Of a stretch of 41,674 nt of DNA, positions 19,563 to 28,401 are shown piece by piece. The notes beneath the pieces are model-generated. The model was not told the origin of the DNA. It did not search any database and worked only from the letters and a program-made list of their open reading frames with translations. The DNA is from Spirochaetia bacterium. Lineage in GTDB: Bacteria > Spirochaetota > Spirochaetia > CADAEX01. The DNA is taken from contig CAXXHA010000012.1 in the NCBI GenBank assembly GCA_963662265.2, positions 1 through 41,674 of the forward strand, in the 5' to 3' direction. Positions within the stretch are counted from its first letter, which is position 1, and every line of letters begins with the position of its first letter. The position numbers were made by a program, and so were the translations under genes.

Positions 19563-20587
19563 TGGGAAAAGACCTTACAGTTTCCGATATAGACAGGCAG
19601 AATATTCTTAACAATCCCTATGCAGTTGAAGAAATAAGGAAAAATATAGGTCTCAAAGGCATAGAATATAAAGGTAAACTTGTCCTTACAAAAGAGCAGA
19701 TTGCTGACTTTTTTGAAGTTACAACCCGTACAATCGACAATTATCTGAGTTCAAACAGTGAGGAACTGAAGAAAAACGGTTACGCTGTTTTACGAGGTAA
19801 ATCCCTACAGGAACTGAAATTAGCCTTGAATGGGCTGGATGTCGACGAAATATATTTCGTCGACATCAAAAAGGCACCGAGTCTTGGTGTATTTGATTTC
19901 AGGGCCTTTCTTAACCTTGCAATGCTCATAACAGAGAGTGAGAAAGCAAGAGTAATGAGACAGGCTATCCTTGATATTGTAATTGATACAATAAACAGCA
20001 GGACAGGTGGTGCAACAAGATATGTTAATCAGAGGGATGAGGACTTCATAATTGCATATTTCCAGGAGGAAAACTACAGAAAGGAATTCACAGATTCACT
20101 TAAAAACTGCCTTGATATGGGTAAAGTTAAGTACCCTCTTTATACTGACAAGATATATGTAAGTATTTTTAAAGAAAACTCCCGGGAATACAGAAAAATT
20201 CTCAAGCTTCATGAAAAAGACAAGGTGCGTGATACTTTTTATTCCGAGATCCTTGATCTTATTGCTGCATATGAGTACGGATTTGCCAAAACCCTTGAAG
20301 AGGCATCTCATAAAGAGGGAAGAATGCTTTCCCCCTTTGAAGCGGATATCCTTTTTTCCGAATTTGAAAAACAGCCCCTCTGGAAGCCCCTTGTGGAAAG
20401 GGCAAGAAACAAGATGGCAAGCCGTGATCTTGCCTTCAGGGATGCGCTGCACCTTCAGCTGAAAGACTATATTTCCCCTCTTGAAGCAGCGGATTTTGAA
20501 AGGTTTATAGGGGAAAAGAGCCGGGAACTTGCAGAAAGGCTTGAAGATGCCAAAGATGTATTCAGGAGACTCAAGGAGCGGGAGTAA
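19562..20587 (+). CDS. Putative DNA-binding protein with antirepressor-like (ORF6N/KilA-N/RhuM-like) N-terminal domain
   Basis: GTG start at 19562 overlaps the hsdS stop (TAGTG) with an AAGGAGG RBS; HTH-like LTKEQIADFFEVTTRTIDNY; LRGKSL...RAFLNLAML..SEKA resembles phage antirepressor domains. Confidence 0.7.
   Translation: MGKDLTVSDIDRQNILNNPYAVEEIRKNIGLKGIEYKGKLVLTKEQIADFFEVTTRTIDNYLSSNSEELKKNGYAVLRGKSLQELKLALNGLDVDEIYFVDIKKAPSLGVFDFRAFLNLAMLITESEKARVMRQAILDIVIDTINSRTGGATRYVNQRDEDFIIAYFQEENYRKEFTDSLKNCLDMGKVKYPLYTDKIYVSIFKENSREYRKILKLHEKDKVRDTFYSEILDLIAAYEYGFAKTLEEASHKEGRMLSPFEADILFSEFEKQPLWKPLVERARNKMASRDLAFRDALHLQLKDYISPLEAADFERFIGEKSRELAERLEDAKDVFRRLKERE
19838..19867. repeat. Perfect 30-bp palindrome inside a CDS
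   Basis: GATGTCGACGAAATATATTTCGTCGACATC equals its own reverse complement. Confidence 0.97.
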
Positions 20588-21022
20588 ATGTCTGTAATTT
20601 ATATTACAATAGAAAATGCTCTTGAAATATATCATAAAACAATTGAAGTTAGCGGAGGCGGTTCTGATGGTATCCTAAACCAGGGACAGCTTGAAAGCAT
20701 ACTTACACACATCCAGAACGATGATTATTATCCTGACTTTTCAGACAAGCTCACCCATCTGTTTTTTTCTGCAAACCGTTTCCATTGCTTTGAGGACGGG
20801 AATAAAAGGATAGCAATATCTCTCGGTGCCCATTTTCTTCTTCTGAATGGGTATGTCTTTGTTGTACCCAGATTTATAAGGGAAATGGAGAATATCAGCT
20901 ATCATCTTGCTGCAGGGAAAATTGACAAGGAGTTTCTGAAAGAAGTTATTGAAGCTGTTATAAATGATGATATGGACAACGAAGAACTGAAATTAAAAAT
21001 ATTCGAAAGGATTAACAGGTAA
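20588..21022 (+). CDS. Fic/Doc family (death-on-curing type) protein
   Basis: HCFEDGNKRIA motif (Doc-type Lys, no second Arg); 144 aa; starts directly after the upstream TAA. Confidence 0.88.
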   Translation: MSVIYITIENALEIYHKTIEVSGGGSDGILNQGQLESILTHIQNDDYYPDFSDKLTHLFFSANRFHCFEDGNKRIAISLGAHFLLLNGYVFVVPRFIREMENISYHLAAGKIDKEFLKEVIEAVINDDMDNEELKLKIFERINR

Positions 21023-21027
21023 AAAAT

Positions 21028-23925
21028 ATGGGAGTTGAAAAGGATTTCCAGAAACATTTTGAAAACTTTCTCGGAAATGTTCACAAGTATGAAAAGTATT
21101 CAAATAATGATATTACAGACAAGGATTATTATTTTATTGAATCTGACATCATAGATTATATCAAGAAGAGACAGCCTTATGATTACAGGATTCTTGAGAA
21201 TAATTACGGAGATGATGCCACGGGAGAAATTATAAGGGCATTAAAAGAAGAGCTTGACCGTAAACCGCTCTGGATAATATTCAGACATGGCCTTGTTGTA
21301 AGAGAAATAAAATTTGATCTTTTTGACCGGATTCCAAGATCATCCGAATCAAAAGAAAATCCTTTGAATAATAAAATATCCTTTATACCGCAGCTGATAA
21401 TTAATGATGAGGAAAAACCTGATATTGTAATTTTTCTTAATGGACTCCCGATTATTGTCATAGAACTCAAGCATGAGAAAAACCAGAATATCCATGATGC
21501 TGTAAAACAGTTTAATGATAGGAATCATGACGACTTGATATTCCGACTTCCATTTTTATACATAGCTTCTGATACAAGCGAAGTTAAAGTTGCTACAGAT
21601 CCGTCAGGGGAAGAAAAATTTCTGTGGTATAATGAAGGCCTTTTTAACAAAGCTCATAATAAAGGGGAATATCCTGTTGAGTATCTTTACAGATCTGTTC
21701 TCTCAAGGGAAAACATCCTGAATATAATAAGTTTTTATCTTATTCATGTATCTAATAAAAATACTGACAATATAGATCCTTATACAATTTTTCCAAGATA
21801 CCATCAGTCCCGTATGGTTGAAAATGTCTGCAGTAATCTTGTTGAGTTTTATAAAGATAATGGATTTTGTGGAAGGAAATACCTTGTAAACCACTCTGCA
21901 GGTTCGGGTAAAACCCTTTCAATATGCTGGCTGGCAGACCGTCTTAACAGCCTCTATCTTGCGGGAACAGATAAAAAGATCATTGATATTGTATTTATTC
22001 TTACAGACAGGAAAGCTCTTGATAAAAACATTAAAGATGATATGGTTAAATTTACACATCTTGACGGAAAAGTAAAATATGCAATAAAGTCTGGAGATTT
22101 ACCGCGGTTTGTAAGGAAAAGAATTCCAATTATTGTGACAACAATGCAGAAAATAAACTGGATACTTGATGAACTTAAGAATGAACCTTCGCTTAAAGAA
22201 ATTAATACTGCATTTTTAATTGATGAAGCCCATAGATCGCAGGATGGGAGTTCTGGTACAAATATAAGAAATCTTTTCAAAGAAGATGAACCTGATATCC
22301 CGTTCAGAGAAGAAGATGAAGAAGATATAGTCAATGGTGAAATTGAAAAAGCACATCTTCCCAATCTGATGTGCGTAGCCTTTACTGCTACTCCTGTAAA
22401 ATCAACTCTTCAGCTTTTTGGCACCCCATTCGATGTTTATTCGGAATCTGAAGCTATTCAGGAGGGTTATATACTTGATGTTGCCTCAAGTATAATATCC
22501 TATAAAACGCTTTATAATCTTGAGAGCAGGATAATCAATCGAAAAGACCGAAAACTCTTTCAGCCTGGTATTTTAAGCAAGATGCTTAAAAATGTTGCAT
22601 ATCAGGATAAGGGCCTGATACAGTATAAAGCTGAGCTTATGCTTAGAATTTTTATAGAGGATGTTTATAATCTGATTGATAAAAAAGCAAAAGCAATGAT
22701 TGTAACCTCATCAAGAATTGCAGGTCTTTTTTATTATGAAGTTTTCAAGGAAAAGCTTAAAGAGAAGCGGGAAATCAATCCTGATTTGTATGATTTTGAT
22801 GTACTTTATGCTTTTTCCGATTTTACTCATCCAGAGACGGGGAAAGATATTACAGAAAAAGGGAAAAACTTTCTTCAGCAGAATGAACTGATTGAAGATC
22901 TGTTTAATACTGATAGATATAGACTTCTTGTAGTTGCAGATAAATTCCAGACTGGTTTTGATCAACCTCTGCTTGCAGCAATGTTTCTGGATAAGCCTGT
23001 ATCTGATAAAAATGCTGTCCAGACAGTATCAAGGCTTAACAGATGTCATGAAAACAAAGATAAGGTAGTGGTTGTAGATTTTACAAATAATGCATCAGAA
23101 ATTATTAAAGCTTTTAAGAAGTATCGTGATTCAACTCCGTATGAACCTGTTGAGCCTGATTATGAAAAACTTGACGAATTATACAATGAAATTATTTCAT
23201 ATTCCATTTTTAATCAGCAGACAGCTGAAGCGACAATTGCTATTTTGAAGAAAAATAGTGATGCGGAAATTCAAAGCTGCATTCAGGAACTGAGGATGCT
23301 TTTTTTCAGCAGGATAAAAGATTTTGAATCAGGAAAAGAATATGTAAACAAACTCAGCAGGTTTAATAAACTTGCAGTTTTTTTAAGTAACTTTTTTACA
23401 ATTGAGCATGATAAAGATATTTTTTCTGATTTCTGCATGCTTGTTTATCCCCAACTTTTCAAGAAAGGGGGAGAATCAGAACTTAAAAAAATAATCAAAA
23501 ACATCTATGTTTCAAGAGGATTGGTAAAATATACAGGCATAAAGAAATTAAAAGGCAAATATAAAAAGAAAAAAGGGTGTGGAGTTTCGGAATTTCCCCC
23601 TATTGAGAAAGTTACTATAAAAGAAATGCTTGATGATATTAAAGAAAAATATTCAATATCAGAAAAAGAAGCTATAGTAATTCGTGAAGTATGCGAAGAA
23701 AAAATGAATGATGATACAATAAAGAAAATAATTATTAATAATTTGCATGATACTTCTTATCTTTTTAATCATTATAAAAGAGATATCAGGGATTCAATTG
23801 AAAACAGCTATGAAAAAAGAAAACTATCAGCATGTCTGATAGATGAAAAATACACAGATAAGGGTTCAATCTTTGATATCATGTCACATACAGTTATAAA
23901 ACTTACAGCTGATGAGTGTGCATAA
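21028..23925 (+). CDS. hsdR: Type I restriction endonuclease subunit R
   Basis: PD...NGLP...ELK nuclease motif; HSAGSGKT Walker A; DEAH; FTATP; TGFDQP; QTVSRLNR. Confidence 0.94.
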   Translation: MGVEKDFQKHFENFLGNVHKYEKYSNNDITDKDYYFIESDIIDYIKKRQPYDYRILENNYGDDATGEIIRALKEELDRKPLWIIFRHGLVVREIKFDLFDRIPRSSESKENPLNNKISFIPQLIINDEEKPDIVIFLNGLPIIVIELKHEKNQNIHDAVKQFNDRNHDDLIFRLPFLYIASDTSEVKVATDPSGEEKFLWYNEGLFNKAHNKGEYPVEYLYRSVLSRENILNIISFYLIHVSNKNTDNIDPYTIFPRYHQSRMVENVCSNLVEFYKDNGFCGRKYLVNHSAGSGKTLSICWLADRLNSLYLAGTDKKIIDIVFILTDRKALDKNIKDDMVKFTHLDGKVKYAIKSGDLPRFVRKRIPIIVTTMQKINWILDELKNEPSLKEINTAFLIDEAHRSQDGSSGTNIRNLFKEDEPDIPFREEDEEDIVNGEIEKAHLPNLMCVAFTATPVKSTLQLFGTPFDVYSESEAIQEGYILDVASSIISYKTLYNLESRIINRKDRKLFQPGILSKMLKNVAYQDKGLIQYKAELMLRIFIEDVYNLIDKKAKAMIVTSSRIAGLFYYEVFKEKLKEKREINPDLYDFDVLYAFSDFTHPETGKDITEKGKNFLQQNELIEDLFNTDRYRLLVVADKFQTGFDQPLLAAMFLDKPVSDKNAVQTVSRLNRCHENKDKVVVVDFTNNASEIIKAFKKYRDSTPYEPVEPDYEKLDELYNEIISYSIFNQQTAEATIAILKKNSDAEIQSCIQELRMLFFSRIKDFESGKEYVNKLSRFNKLAVFLSNFFTIEHDKDIFSDFCMLVYPQLFKKGGESELKKIIKNIYVSRGLVKYTGIKKLKGKYKKKKGCGVSEFPPIEKVTIKEMLDDIKEKYSISEKEAIVIREVCEEKMNDDTIKKIIINNLHDTSYLFNHYKRDIRDSIENSYEKRKLSACLIDEKYTDKGSIFDIMSHTVIKLTADECA

Positions 23926-23955
23926 TTTATCTGTTTTCAAAACATGATTTAAGAA

Positions 23956-24615
23956 TTATTCTTTTCTGCTGTTCTTCTTCCGTCTCTCTTTAGAAAGCTC
24001 GCTGGGAGATGCTTTAAGTGACTTTACTGCCGGCAGTTTTATATCAAGCTTCATTGCGATAAGCCTGATTCCTGTTGTAGTAAGAAATGTGAGGAAAAAA
24101 ACAATAGTGGGGTTTATATCCAGCCTGTTGAGCAGTGAAAAAACAATTCCCCCGATTATTGTTGCGGTTGCATAGAAGTCTTTTTTAAGTATTATTGGTA
24201 TCTCGTTAGCCAGGAGATCCCGGACAACTCCGCCTCCGGTTGCTGTCATTGTCCCTGTCATGAGTATTCCAATAACTCCCAGTCCCGAGCCGAGACCTTT
24301 TGAAGCTCCTATGAAAGTAAAAACACCCAGCCCTACCGCATCGAGGATGAGTATGATGTTCCATCTTTCTGCAATCTTTTTTGAAAGGAAAAAGACCAGG
24401 AAAGCCCCTGCAATACAGGTAATCAGGTATTCCTCATGCTGAAGTGCTGCCGGTGGGACTGAGCCTATCAGAAGGTCCCTTATCATTCCTCCACCTATAC
24501 CTGTGGCAATCGCGAGTATTGTGACTCCGAATATATCGAGTTCATATTTAACAGCTTTGATAGCCCCTGATATGGCAAAAATAAGAGTTCCGAAAATATC
24601 AAGAAAATATATCAT
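23956..24615 (-). CDS. TRIC/UPF0126 (YadS-like) membrane protein, possible glycine transporter
   Basis: FAISGA...DIFG...GIGGG..RD.L.G and DAVGLG...GGG..RD.L internal repeats. Confidence 0.88.
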   Translation of the reverse strand: MIYFLDIFGTLIFAISGAIKAVKYELDIFGVTILAIATGIGGGMIRDLLIGSVPPAALQHEEYLITCIAGAFLVFFLSKKIAERWNIILILDAVGLGVFTFIGASKGLGSGLGVIGILMTGTMTATGGGVVRDLLANEIPIILKKDFYATATIIGGIVFSLLNRLDINPTIVFFLTFLTTTGIRLIAMKLDIKLPAVKSLKASPSELSKERRKKNSRKE

Positions 24616-24617
24616 TA

Positions 24618-25199
24618 CTAGTGTTTTAACATTTTCTTTCTGTATCGTACAACCATGTGAAGGTGGGCATCGCTGTCTCCGCTGTTTTCTATAACATGAT
24701 CAATATCGCTGTGATAGGTGAGAAAGTCATCCTTGTGCATCACTGTTATATTTTCACCGGCAGTTACTGTTATTTTGCCCTCAAGCAGAGTGATAAATTC
24801 TTCAGTACCGGGAAAATGGGGTTCTGATTTCAGCCTGCTTCCCGGTTTGAATGTAATAAGATACATTTCAAGATCTTCAATAAGATCCACAGGTGTCAGA
24901 GTCCTTATGTGTACTCCCTCTTCCTCGCAGTCAAGTACTGTTATATCATCTTTTTTTGTGAGGGTGAAATCTCTTTTTGTAACAGAAATAACCCTTGTCA
25001 GTTCATTTATATCCACGCCAAGCCCTGTTGAAATTTTCCAGAGTGTGGCAATTGTCGGGTTTACCTTGTCTGATTCGATCTGTGAAAGCATTGCCTTTGA
25101 AACACCGCTTTTCTCGGCAAGTACGCCCAGTGTCAGGTGTTTTCCCTTTCTTATTTCCTTGATAGTATCGCCTATCGGAAGCAGCTGTTTTTCTGTCAT
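24618..25199 (-). CDS. XRE-family HTH plus cupin transcriptional regulator
   Basis: LA..SGVSKAMLSQIE....NPTIATLWKI HTH; H..GTEE and H cupin residues. Confidence 0.92.
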   Translation of the reverse strand: MTEKQLLPIGDTIKEIRKGKHLTLGVLAEKSGVSKAMLSQIESDKVNPTIATLWKISTGLGVDINELTRVISVTKRDFTLTKKDDITVLDCEEEGVHIRTLTPVDLIEDLEMYLITFKPGSRLKSEPHFPGTEEFITLLEGKITVTAGENITVMHKDDFLTYHSDIDHVIENSGDSDAHLHMVVRYRKKMLKH

Positions 25200-25245
25200 A
25201 CTATATCCCCTTATAGCAGTACCGGTATATTCAATTCTGATTCAT

Positions 25246-25400
25246 GTTTAATATACTAAACTTTATATACATTTCACAACCAAATATTGGATATATCAGG
25301 CAAAAATACTCAAAATATTATTGTAAATGTTTGACATATTAAACATTCATCAACTATAATGAAAATATAATATATCAAACATATATTCATTATACTGTAT
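25246..25400. promoter_or_regulatory. Array of 3-4 imperfect palindromic operators (GTTTANTATANTAAAC-like)
   Basis: GTTTAATATACTAAAC (25246), GTTTGACATATTAAAC (25329), ATATAATATATCAAAC (25365), ATTCATTATACTGTAT (25385). Confidence 0.55.
25331..25360 (+). promoter_or_regulatory. Sigma70 promoter for tdh-kbl
   Basis: Consensus hexamers TTGACA-N18-TATAAT. Confidence 0.75.
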
Positions 25401-25435
25401 GAAAACTGGTTTAGCAAGATAAACAGGAGGATCGT

Positions 25436-26410
25436 ATGAAAATCTTTCTGACAGGAGCCCTCGGGCAGATCGGATCGGAACTCACCCAGAAACTGAGATC
25501 AATTTACGGATGTGATAATGTCATAATCAGCGATATAAGGGATGATGTTAACAGAGATCTGATAGAGTCAGGTCCTTTTTACAAGATTGACTGCAGAGAC
25601 GGCAGCAGAATACACGAAGTTATTAGAAAGCACAACGTTGACAGGATATATCACCTTGCAGCTCTCCTTTCAGCAACAGCTGAGAATAATCCGCAGTCTG
25701 CATGGGATATCAATATCAACACACTCTGTACAATGCTTGAGATAGCAAGGACAGAAAACTGTTCAATATTCACTCCGAGTTCAATAGGCGCTTTCGGCCC
25801 CTCATCACCGAGAGATTATACTCCGCAGGATACGATTCAGAGGCCGACATCTATATACGGAGTAACAAAGGTTACAGGAGAACTTCTTTGTGATTATTAT
25901 TATCATAAATTCGGCGTAGATACGCGGGGAGTAAGATTTCCCGGTATAATATCAAATGTAACACCTCCTGGGGGCGGAACAACAGATTATGCTGTTGATA
26001 TTTATTATGAGGCAGTGAAGAAGAAAAAATATACCTGTTTTCTCAGGGGAGATACATATCTTGATATGATTTATATGCCTGATGCTCTTAAAGCGGCTGT
26101 AGAAGTCATGGAAGCAGATCCTGAAAAGCTCAGGCACAGGAACGCGTTCAATATTACAGCCATGAGTTTCTGTCCAGAAGAGCAGGCTGCATATATAAGA
26201 AAATATATTCCTGAATTTGAAATCGACTATGATATAGATCCGGTAAAACAGGCGCTTGCCAATTCATGGCCCAATAGTCTGGAGGATTATGCCGCAAGGG
26301 TGGAATGGGGATGGAATCCTGATTATGAACTTGATTCCATGACTACCGATATGCTTGATGTGCTGGAAAAAAAATTAAATATTGAAAAGGGGGAGCAGGA
26401 TGTACGGTAA
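25436..26410 (+). CDS. tdh: L-threonine 3-dehydrogenase (SDR/epimerase type)
   Basis: TGALGQIG, HLAALLSA, YGVTK and PGGGTTDYA motifs; adjacent to kbl. Confidence 0.9.
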   Translation: MKIFLTGALGQIGSELTQKLRSIYGCDNVIISDIRDDVNRDLIESGPFYKIDCRDGSRIHEVIRKHNVDRIYHLAALLSATAENNPQSAWDININTLCTMLEIARTENCSIFTPSSIGAFGPSSPRDYTPQDTIQRPTSIYGVTKVTGELLCDYYYHKFGVDTRGVRFPGIISNVTPPGGGTTDYAVDIYYEAVKKKKYTCFLRGDTYLDMIYMPDALKAAVEVMEADPEKLRHRNAFNITAMSFCPEEQAAYIRKYIPEFEIDYDIDPVKQALANSWPNSLEDYAARVEWGWNPDYELDSMTTDMLDVLEKKLNIEKGEQDVR

Positions 26411-27578
26411 TTTCAGGGAATACCTGTCTGAGAAGATTGAAGAGATAAGGGAGAGCAAGCTGTACAAGGGGGAGAGAATTCTTGTTACTCCCCAGGGAAG
26501 TAAAATTGAAACAGAGGATGGAAAGAAAGTCCTGAATTTCTGTTCAAATAACTACCTCGGATTTTCCGATAACGAAGAAATCAAGAAAAGCGCAGCTGAA
26601 GGTTTGAAAAGGTGGGGTTATGGTCTTTCATCTGTAAGGTTTATATGCGGAACACAGCAGGTACATAAAAAACTTGAAAAGGAAATAGCCGATTTTACCG
26701 GATGTGAAGATGCTGTTCTTTATGCTGCCTGTTTTGATGCAAACGGCGGAGTTTTTGAACCTCTTTTTGATAACAATGATGCTATTATTTCTGATGAACT
26801 GAATCATGCATCAATCATAGACGGTATAAGGCTATGCAAGGCGGAAAGATTCAGATACAGACATCTTGATATGGCTGATCTTGAAGAGAATCTTAAAAAA
26901 GCTGAAAAAGCAAGGTTCAGGATAATCTGCACAGACGGAGTCTTTTCAATGGACGGCGATATTGCACCACTTGATGAGATTTGTGAACTTGCGGAAAAAT
27001 ACAATGCCCTTGTCATGGTGGATGATTCCCACGCAACCGGATATATCGGGAAGACAGGAAGGGGAACATCTGAGTACTGTAATGTGACAGGACGTGTTGA
27101 TATTGTCACAACTACATTCGGAAAAGCACTTGGAGGCGCATCAGGTGGATGCATATGCGCAAGGAAGGAAATTGTGGAAATGCTCAGGCAGAAGTCCCGC
27201 CCCTATCTGTTTTCAAATACTCTTTCCCCTGCAATTGCATCAGCCTCAATTAAGGCAATATCTCTTCTTAAAGAGGGGAAAGGTAAATTCTCTTCTGATT
27301 TACGTGAAAAGTCTGATTATTTCAGAAATAAAATGAAAGATCTGGGATTTGAAGTCCCTGACGGAGAGACTGCGATTGTCCCTGTCATGCTTTACGATGA
27401 GGTAAAGGCTGTAAAAATGGCTGATTTTCTATATGAAAACGGCATTTATGTGATTCCGTTTTCATATCCTGTAGTCCCGAAGGGCAAGGCAAGGATCCGG
27501 GTCCAGCTTTCCTGCAGCCATACCTTTGAAGATATTGATTTTCTGATAGAAAAATTCAAACAGGCTGCTGAACTCTGA
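26400..27578 (+). CDS. kbl: Glycine C-acetyltransferase (2-amino-3-ketobutyrate CoA ligase)
   Basis: NFCSNNYLG, SVRFICGT, LNHASIIDG, DDSHA and PLP-lysine TFGKALGG motifs; start moved to ATG 26400. Confidence 0.95.
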   Translation: MYGNFREYLSEKIEEIRESKLYKGERILVTPQGSKIETEDGKKVLNFCSNNYLGFSDNEEIKKSAAEGLKRWGYGLSSVRFICGTQQVHKKLEKEIADFTGCEDAVLYAACFDANGGVFEPLFDNNDAIISDELNHASIIDGIRLCKAERFRYRHLDMADLEENLKKAEKARFRIICTDGVFSMDGDIAPLDEICELAEKYNALVMVDDSHATGYIGKTGRGTSEYCNVTGRVDIVTTTFGKALGGASGGCICARKEIVEMLRQKSRPYLFSNTLSPAIASASIKAISLLKEGKGKFSSDLREKSDYFRNKMKDLGFEVPDGETAIVPVMLYDEVKAVKMADFLYENGIYVIPFSYPVVPKGKARIRVQLSCSHTFEDIDFLIEKFKQAAEL

Positions 27579-27746
27579 TTTCAGCAGCTGTATATGGCAT
27601 CTCATATTTAAGATAATTTCATCGAAATTGATTACAGCAGCAGAAAAATGCTTTTGTGAATATTTTCCCCGCTGTAAGATTGTATAAGTGAGGCAGGTAT
27701 TTATCTGAAGGGTTTCTTTACACGAAGAATGATGATTTCATACTTT

Positions 27747-28166
27747 TCAGTATTTTATCTTTCTGCAGATATCATCAAGCTTCTTTTCATCAGAAATAAG
27801 TGTAACTCTGTTGCTGTCAAACCTGTAGTGTACCATTCTGAGTTCTTCTTCGCTGAGCATTGAAAACATTTCCGGTAGAAGTGAATCTGAAAAGGCTTCA
27901 TTTTCTATATGAAGTACGGAAAGGTTCTTTTTTATCCTGACTTCTGAATAATTATCCAGGCTATTAATAAAAAGATCCGTGTTTTCACTTTCAGCAACTG
28001 CAAGTGAAAATGATATTGAGGTGATTTTTATAAGTTCAGTCTTTAACTTGTATTTTTCAACAGCAGAATAAATATCGTTGATTGCTTTCATTGAAGATTC
28101 TTTATTAAAGATATAGATGCTAATGAGTCGTACATTTCTTATCAGTTTTAAATCAGAATTTTTCAT
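27747..28166 (-). CDS. Stand-alone tandem ACT-domain protein resembling the aspartokinase regulatory region
   Basis: Pattern LISI...IYSAVEKY...ELI..TSISFSLAV...L..YSEVRI..NLSVL matches the LysC C-terminal ACT layout; no kinase domain. Confidence 0.55.
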   Translation of the reverse strand: MKNSDLKLIRNVRLISIYIFNKESSMKAINDIYSAVEKYKLKTELIKITSISFSLAVAESENTDLFINSLDNYSEVRIKKNLSVLHIENEAFSDSLLPEMFSMLSEEELRMVHYRFDSNRVTLISDEKKLDDICRKIKY

Positions 28167-28401
28167 TCAATAAAGTCCTGCTGTTAAAATAAAATACTGA
28201 GTTATCCGGAATTTGATATTCAGTATTGCTTTGTAATGTATATTATAATGAATAAAATTTCAATATATAAAACAAGAATAATCCGGACAGATGCTTATTA
28301 TCTGTATTATGAATATAAAATATATGACCTTTCAGGATTAATAAAAAACTGTTTTTAATTCCCGGTATACGGAATATAATATAAAACAGGAAAGGGTTGA
28401 A

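Noticed and set aside
16179-23956. TTAAGAAT on both sides of the R-M operon as a possible att site or target duplication
   Set aside because: An 8-bp AT-rich match is expected by chance, and no integrase or tRNA is nearby.
27563-27589. GCTGCTGAA/TTCAGCAGC hairpin spanning the kbl stop codon
   Set aside because: No U-tract; at most an ordinary 3' stabilising stem, so it is not called a terminator.
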